DNA of 64,000 nucleotides from Marsupella aquatica (lineage: Eukaryota > Plantae > Marchantiophyta). Below are positions 56,484 to 64,000 of this stretch, in pieces (position 1 is the stretch's first letter; each line of letters starts with the position of its first letter). The stretch spans positions 9,466,283 through 9,530,282 of the forward strand of contig OZ316892.1 of the NCBI GenBank assembly GCA_973895155.1. Direction: 5' to 3'. The translations under genes and the position numbers were made by a program. The notes under the pieces were generated by a model. That model worked only from the letters and a program-made list of their open reading frames with translations, searched no databases and was not told where the DNA came from.

Positions 56484-59400
56484 GGTCCTTGCTAGCTAGT
56501 GTAACTTGGGATTAATCGCGTAGGACCCCTCCATATGTTTATTTTTACCGGCATTATATATATCATTGTTGTATTTCATGTTCCCTCTACTATGAAAGGG
56601 ACCAGATTTCTTAATAAAAATATGAGTATTTGTTTTCCACACCATATCCGATACAATGAACATCGCATAATTGTCAGAAATATCTTACCTTAATTCTGAA
56701 ACCTTGTCCGATTCAGTCTGCATCGGACCCCTCTTAACAGTTATCGGATACTTGTCCGATACATTTCCGTTACTAATCTTATTGGAAGACATCCGATTCT
56801 AAATCTAACGGAAAGAAGGACCGTTTACATTTGCATCGGAAGGTTAACATGCGATTCAAAAAGAATGGCAAATTGCGTTACTATTGAAGTCGGACAATTC
56901 CGATGCATTTCCGATTTGTTTAGTATCGGACGGCTGAGCTGTTGCGATATCGGAGCATCGGAAAAATGCTGAAAATGTACTAGTGTGTGGAAGGGTTCAT
57001 CTGTAACTCAGTGCACGCATTTTGGGCAAGTTGGAAACCTTCTTGTAGAGCAATCACTATTTCTTCATTTGTTTCAATCCCTGCATAGTCTATTTGATCT
57101 GCTACAATAGGAATCCCTATCGGGATTGTAGTGAGCTTCATCCAAATGTTTTCATGTTTTTTGTGGCTCTTCCCTGCACCCATCATTCCTTCAGCCAGAT
57201 CCATTGCAGCCAATCGATTTCGATTGGTAGCACATTCTACTAACTCAGCCAGGTCATAACTTTGTTCATGACCATTCATACCTCCTACAGCAGAGAAAAA
57301 CTGCTCACAAACATCTGACCCAGTCAAATGCAATGGCACTGGAAGATGTCGAAAATTGTCCCTAAATTGGATTACCAATAGGACCACAAAATGAACTGAC
57401 ATCTGAATGTCAAGGAAGCTTTGCATGGGAATGCAATTTTTTGTGAAACTGATTGGTTGTGTATTCCCTCCCATTGAATGGTTTCCATGAAAGCACCATT
57501 GACGCCATAGTCTAAAGAAGAACCCAACCTTCCCACAATGGACAATCCTCTGTCGCAAACTCAGACTAGTGTTCAGAAATATGTCAATGTAGTCTGCACA
57601 TATCCTAGTGTAAACTTCTGTTCCAAGAGTCTGTTCAACTCTTGCATCACCATGTTGACGAAGCATCCGTAAGGAGGACTGTACTTTGCGGCTACATAGT
57701 CGTTGTGCACTAGCCCAATTTTGCCTATCTTTCCTTGACTTGTCCTCTTCATTCAAGCCATGATCACTATTCAGGTACAATTTGTAACAGGTTATGATGT
57801 GACTGAGGTTCGCCATTTCTGCTCCTAATTTCAAAATACGAGAAGTGGAATCCAATGGGTTCACTAGCTTCTTCCCATTATGAATAAAGTCTTGATCATG
57901 CAACCCATATGCATGGATCAATGGTCCAACAATGGTCATAGAGTGGGTCAATTTCCAAGCTTCCCACCTCAGGTCCTGCCTTGGCCCCGGTATCCCACTT
58001 CCAGAGTAGTCTTCCAACATAAGCTTTCTCCTCCGTGCATCCCCATCGCTAGCATGACCCAATAAGGGTCCCGCTGACTCTAGGCAATGTGTAGTCCACA
58101 GTGACGCTAGGCTATTCCATTGTCGCCTGACCCATGGAGCATCAAACTTGTTACATGTGCCAATCCCCATGATGCATAATCGAGGAAACCCAGCAACAAG
58201 GGCATTTACTATCAAACATCTTGCCTGGTGCGCTACAACATAATTGTCAAAGGCATCTGCAATGTTGTTGAAGCCAACTTCTCCTTCCCCCACTAGGATC
58301 TCCAAGCCAACACTACACTCATGGTCAATTTTTGTCCCACAAAATCCAAGAAGGGTGTCATGTTTGGGCAACCATCTGCAATCAATAGCAGGTGGGCTCT
58401 TCATTAGTTGTGTTCAATTTTTGTGTGTACCACAAAACAATCTTGAACAAAAAGAATAACCAGAGCAAGAGGAGTAAATGAGTAGTCACCTCACAGTCCT
58501 CTTCACACAAGTCTCATCCTCTGCCAAAAAGCATGGAATGGGTCCTTGTATATTTAATCGAGCTTTCAGTTTGGAAAATATTTCCGCAACAAACTGAAAT
58601 TGCTCTGCATGAATTCCAGCACGAAACACTGCCATGCCTCTTCGGTCCCGTTGAAGGGTGTTGATGGTAGGACCAATTCCATTGGTTGCAAGACAATCAA
58701 CAACTCGCCTTCCACCATGTAAAAATAGTGTTTGACAAAGGAGCTTGGTTCCCGGCTTAAATCGATATCCTGTCTTTTCCCTATTGATGTTTTGTGCTAT
58801 GTCAGACAACATATCCCATAGAGCTCCTCTCCCACCAAAGGCACCTCGTTTGTGTGCCAATATTATTGAGTGACAAAATTTCAACAAAATTGCTTTGTTT
58901 GGTTCCTCATAGTGAAGACACGCTTCACTAATATTGGGGACTAGAGCCTGTGCCATGAGCAACTTGTGACTCAAGATTCTTTGCAATTTTCGCTCTCTCA
59001 AAACTTGGTTCCTGTAACTTTTAGCCTGATACTGGACCTCTGGAATAGTCAAGTAATCTAAGCGCCTACCTTTCCCAGTTGTTCTAGAACCTCTTTTCTC
59101 AAGAGCTTTGTACTCCCTGTAAACCCTGAGTCGAAAATCCTGCTCTGTTTTTATGCTAAAACACTGCGAGCAGGTCAAGTCTATAAACCCACCACCAAGT
59201 TCTGATATTCGTCTACAATCTTTGTGTCTAAATAAACCAGAAATCACACAACTTTCCTGAGTTATCAAACACCACACCTCTGCCCTCACTATGGGCTCTG
59301 CATACCAGTTGCCATCTAATTTAAGCTGGTCATTTAAGATCTCCTTGATAGGCCTGGTATCTGAACCATATTTCACCACATCACGCCATAGACCCCAACA

Positions 59401-62400
59401 TAGTAAAGAGAGATTGTCAAGTATACCTTTGTCTTTTGAACTAGAATTGGAAGCTCCTCCACTTGAGGGGCGAGTTAAGAACCCAGCTATTTTTTGTTGT
59501 TTGACATCTCTTCCATCTGGCGCACGAGGTCTTCCAGGCCGACCACTATGCACTGGGTTGCCCCTAGCAGGCCTTTGACTTCTTGTGACATAATTGAGAT
59601 GACTCAAACATCCCACATGGGCTTCCAAATTGGACTCTAGATTGCGTTGTTTTGGAATCAATGTCAGGTTTTCAGCACAAAACTCACAACGAAGCTTGAA
59701 CTTGGCCAACTCTATAGGCTCTTTGTCCACATCACCTACTACTGTAAATGTGTCTTGCCCAACAATCCCACCAACAATCTGAGCTGAGTTGATCTTCTCC
59801 ACAATCTTGACATGTTGATCAAGTATGGCTCTATCATCCAGAGTACTAGCTTTAGCTCTCTGAGCAATCTCTCTGTGATCCACTTTCTCACCCCTGTTAG
59901 ATGCTACACATTGAGCATGCTTTTTGGATGGCAAGTGTTTCACTCTGAAGTTTGTAAACACATTATTGACCATAGTTTTATCCACACCCTTCACATTGCT
60001 ACATGCAACTGCTTGATATCTGTAGTCACACTCGCAACACTCAATATGCCCACGAGGCACACCATCCTTGTCCCAGGTTCTGACTTTCCATTTGTGGTCC
60101 ACACACTTAAGAAAAGTCATCCACTCTCTCAACTTTGTCACAGAAGTTTCCCATGCTATCTTGAGGTCCTGAGACATCAATTCAGACTTTAGGCTGATTT
60201 GAGGCTCAACCTCCTGGGATGAGGGTCCACCTGTAGGCTGGTTCTCTTGGGATGGGGCCCCGGATGGGGCACTCGCAGGCTGGGTCTCTTGGGATGGAGA
60301 TCCACCTGCAGGCTGGTTAGAGGGTTCATCTATTGTAGGAGTACCAACTTGGTCTCCACTAGATGTGCTACAAGGTCTATTGGACGCATGGCTGCTTCCA
60401 AGAACTTGTTGTGACCCATTCTGCACATCTCCTTGGACAAAATTGTTGGGGTATTTTGGGATAATGACAATCTTTCCACCACAATCCTCTACTAGATTGT
60501 ACCTCTCAAATTTGTCCAACATTCTACAAGCAAGGTTGATGTCCATGAAATGGAACTCAAAGTCAAAACCTGACTCCAAGTTCTTTCTAGCATCATAAAA
60601 GGTTTCACCAATCTTGTAGCTATAAGATGTCAAGGGTTTACGTTCCCCTGACTCTGAGTCTGCTTGAAAAACAGTGGCAGGCGGCATCCTCTGAGTCCCA
60701 TGTTTAATTCCCTATCCAATTGACATATGCTAAGGGCATAGGCCTGCAAACATAGAACAAGACAAGAGAAAAACACCACAATCAAAATGGACACAATTGG
60801 AACACCTCAAAGAGTTATGGGTTACTTTGTAAGGACCCATTCAATGACAATAGCATGGGCATTTTTGAATTTTTGGCCTCCTACAAGCAGCCTAAGGAAA
60901 CCCACATGTCAAGACCGCATCCACTAGACCAATTCCACAAGGGCCTTGCCCCATCCCGGCCATTTCTCGTGGTTATTGGCTTGTCTAAGATCCATTGCAG
61001 CTTTCTCCTTTCGGGTGGGAAGGGACGTACCCTTTGCATGCAAGGACTCTGGTTTCAGCGTAAGCACAAGAGAGTATGAGATCTACACATGGCCATTTAA
61101 GCTTGTCCCAGTTGAGCTTGTCCTAGTCTGTGCTTGGTCCATGTGTAGTCGGGGCCAGGCCCATCACTCCAATCTCTCTCCTTGACATGTGCAATGGGTT
61201 GTTTGGAATTTATTTACTCACAGACTCGCTCAGAGAGGCTGGACCTTGCTTGAATAGCGACATCCCTTGGACAACCCAAACCCTATGGCTAGGCTCTAAG
61301 CAATCCTTACCCCCCCCCCACTTCCAGGCTACCTGCACCTGCTTCACCTCCAAGGAGCGCTAGATTGCCAGGGATGAAATCTGGCAAGCTCCACTGAGGG
61401 CATTACTTCCCCAGTGGTCTCCTTGGATTTGATGTACCCTGCAAACAATCCTATATCTACAGCAAAAAGACAAAGCATAATTCACAAAACATAATGAAAT
61501 GCTTACCTGAGCAAACACACAAAGCCCTGTTTGTGAGCAGATTGATAAAAAAGACAACAAGCAGGAATCAATAGTACAAGAGACAACAAGCATGAATAAG
61601 CAGCAGTGATTCGTCACATACTTGTGTATTTGCAATGACTGCTTGAACGAAAACTAGATCCACATTGGAACTCGACCATGATAAGCCTGCTGCAGACAAA
61701 CAACAATGAGTGAATGGAGATGCACAAAGCAACAACTAAATTCCTGGACTTTCTTGGCAGTGTAAAAGCTAGCAATGGACAAAACAGAGATAACAAGCAA
61801 TTAGAAAACATACCTGAAGTATAAAAGTGCCAACAATAACTCGAACAGGGGTGGCATTCATTGATAGTAACTATTCTTATCTGCAATAAACTTCAAGACC
61901 TACAAATCCACCAACAAAGAGAATCTTACAGGATATCAACAAGATATATACCACGGCTAAAGAGTTCACAGGGCAAGAGAAAAATCTACATGGGGTACCT
62001 AGTATCCCACAACACACTTGATGCACATATAGGACGGCAAGACTCAAAATCTACCGATGCAAAATACTAGACAGACTAGCTAGTAGACAATCTAACTTGT
62101 CTGAGAATCTGCATGGAGCCTTTCTATCATTTCAATGGCATCATAAGGCTTGTCAATCCTCAATAAATGGATATATAGAACAACCACCTACAAGCTTTTT
62201 CTGCCTCTGGTTTATCCAGACGGTTGCGATCCAACTTGACTCCAACAAAGAAAAGCCCTTGATCTCCTTGTGCAAATCACTGACGCACCAAAGGCAAGAG
62301 CAAGGGTGTCCTTTGTTTGCTTACAAAGAAACCCTCTCCTCCTCCTCTGTAGATGCCAAGCGCTCTTCCCTAGCTGATTCTTGGTCTACATCTCTCCTCT

Positions 62401-63458
62401 TTGTTCAGCTCTTCTCCTCCGTGGCCTGGTCACCAGCAACCTCCAACAAACTCCTGCATCCCGTCCTGCATGCCTTCTTGCCTAAGGCAAATCATTCAAT
62501 GAATCAATAAATCAAAGAATTTTTGAAAGGCCACATAATGTTTTTGAGCAATTCCTGTACTCTCTGAATAATGCAGTGGGATACTACTATGACAGATTGA
62601 TAGTATTCTTCAACATGCACTTACAAGAACTTAAAGTTGGTAGTAGGGTTGTTGACACGATTGAGAAGCTGCACGCTATGGTATGATGTGGTATGCTACC
62701 AGAGAATTTGTTGTTTTGTAGGGACCCTGTGTGCCACTAGAAAGACAATGTAGTCGCATATCACTAGCTGAACATCAAATTGTGTAATGATCGGCATAGA
62801 TTGTAGACCCGATTCTATATGGGAAATCAATCTGCATGTAAATGCGTAAGAATGTGACAAAGAACTCAAAAACCACCTTGATCAGCTGGACCTTCAGATC
62901 ACTCGATCTACAGCACCGTCTGTAGCACTCCCTTGATGCTAGATCCCACTACTGTAAAGTCCACCAACCTGTACAACACGACAATGTTTATTGGATGTGA
63001 GGAAAACAAACACCACCACTTAATGCAAGCGGGAATGCAAGCCTAAAAAGCTGGCAATAACATCCCACATTGGACGGATGGCACTAAAAGAATGCAAGCC
63101 TGAAAATATCACCTGGAATAGTCGCAACTCAAGAATCATCGCCTACTTAATTTGCCTATCCCTACTAATGCTATGGTTCACTCATCACGTGAAGACGTTT
63201 TAATAAGAATGCAACTATGTGACAAGGTGAGGCGGATCAGATAGAGGTACTTCACGCTAGAAGACAGGGCCAATGCAAATAGGGTGAGATGATTAAAGAG
63301 TCCACACGAAGAGAAATGTACCCGGAAATGTATCTACTCTAGACTGCTAAGACATGGGGCTCGGGGCCGAAGGTTTCTTAGCCGATTGTAGAGGTGAAAC
63401 CAGGGGCAAAACATTCTGAAGACTAGCCAGTACATGAAGTCATGACCAGGTCCAGTCA

Positions 63459-63555
63459 CATGCACCCGCTCTTAGTTGCAGACCAGCTCACTTTGGCTCC
63501 AATCGCATGCACCCGGCTCTTAGTTGCAGACCAGCTCACTTCCGCTCCAATCGCC
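63459..63555. repeat. Short tandem duplication, about 49 bp x2
   Basis: CATGCACCCG(G)CTCTTAGTTGCAGACCAGCTCACTT...GCTCCAATCGC occurs twice. Confidence 0.8.
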
Positions 63556-64000
63556 GCTCCAATCCAAGCCTTGATCCGGGTCGACTCCTATGCTTGAACA
63601 TTTGGGTCAAAGGTAGCTAGTAGCTCACATCTCTAGCTCACTAAAACTCAGCTTCAACCAGTTGGCCATGCTCGAACATTTGTCCATGCTCGAACATTTG
63701 TTGATCCACAAAACTTGGCACAATGTCTTCAGCCCTACACTGCGGAAGTTTTCCTGCAGCCCCGCCTACAGCTCACACCTTCAATGCACGTAGGTTGTAG
63801 GTCCAACTTCCAGGCTGCACCTTGCAGGATAGCAGGAACATTGTACAATCATAGATCGAACGTCCAGGTTGGCTTCTCCCACTTGAACATTTGAGTTTCA
63901 ACTAGGTTACACATCACCCCATGCATAAGCACAATTATAGCAAAATGTATGTGAACACTTTGGTGTCTGTCAGCCAAAGTGAATGTACTTGAGGTGAGGA

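Larger units (their letters stand above)
47066..56985 (+). mobile_element. CACTA-C: complete, un-nested 9920-bp CACTA element
   Basis: 14-bp perfect TIR CACTAGTACATTTT / AAAATGTACTAGTG; TSD TGT at 47063-47065 and 56986-56988; TCCGAT/ATCGGA subterminal repeats. Confidence 0.97.
46040..60687 (-). pseudogene. P-element/THAP9-like DDE transposase gene interrupted by CACTA-C (exons about 60687-58490, 58376-56986 plus 47062-46040)
   Basis: Ordered motifs LAEDET, HASDGD, QDFIHNGKKLVNPL, DRQNWASAQRL, GSDVCEQFFS; N-terminal Zn-finger-like motifs. Removing CACTA-C plus one TSD gives continuous MNPST-SCRDKVWW. One in-frame TGA at 46706. Confidence 0.65.

Noticed and set aside
60700-64000. Possible upstream exons or terminus of the P-like element, or a further gene
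   Set aside because: Only short stop-ridden frames; no TIR matching 45205 and no recognisable motif found, so left unannotated

Overview
Eukaryotic, plant-like window (GT-AG introns, En/Spm-CACTA and Ty1/copia elements; probably a non-seed land plant, but the species cannot be determined from sequence). It consists almost entirely of nested transposons, and no host housekeeping gene was found. Target-site duplications (TSDs) and interrupted reading frames give a five-layer stack. Inverted CACTA-B (end at 42856) contains CACTA-0 (end at 33886), which contains complete CACTA-A (2820-28819, TSD AAT), which contains a MULE-like element without clear TIRs (11275-27697, TSD TTGAGGA), which contains a young copia element (13629-19430, TSD GAGCA). 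Further right, complete CACTA-C (47066-56985, TSD TGT) interrupts a P-element/THAP9-like transposase gene. Two cargo systems stand out. (1) The MULE encodes, head-to-head with its transposase, a multi-exon ParB-like (DGNHRxxA) plus beta-class N4/N6 DNA-methyltransferase-like protein, and carries about 17 copies of a 15-bp palindrome TAGCGCCNGGCGCTA in its introns and non-coding DNA (parS-like or VANC-like self-recognition system). (2) CACTA-A and CACTA-C carry a SET-domain exon inside the first intron of the TnpD transposase gene, apparently sharing its Zn-ribbon first exon by alternative splicing. Most DNA-transposon ORFs have in-frame stops. All domain calls come from motif recognition by eye, not database searches.
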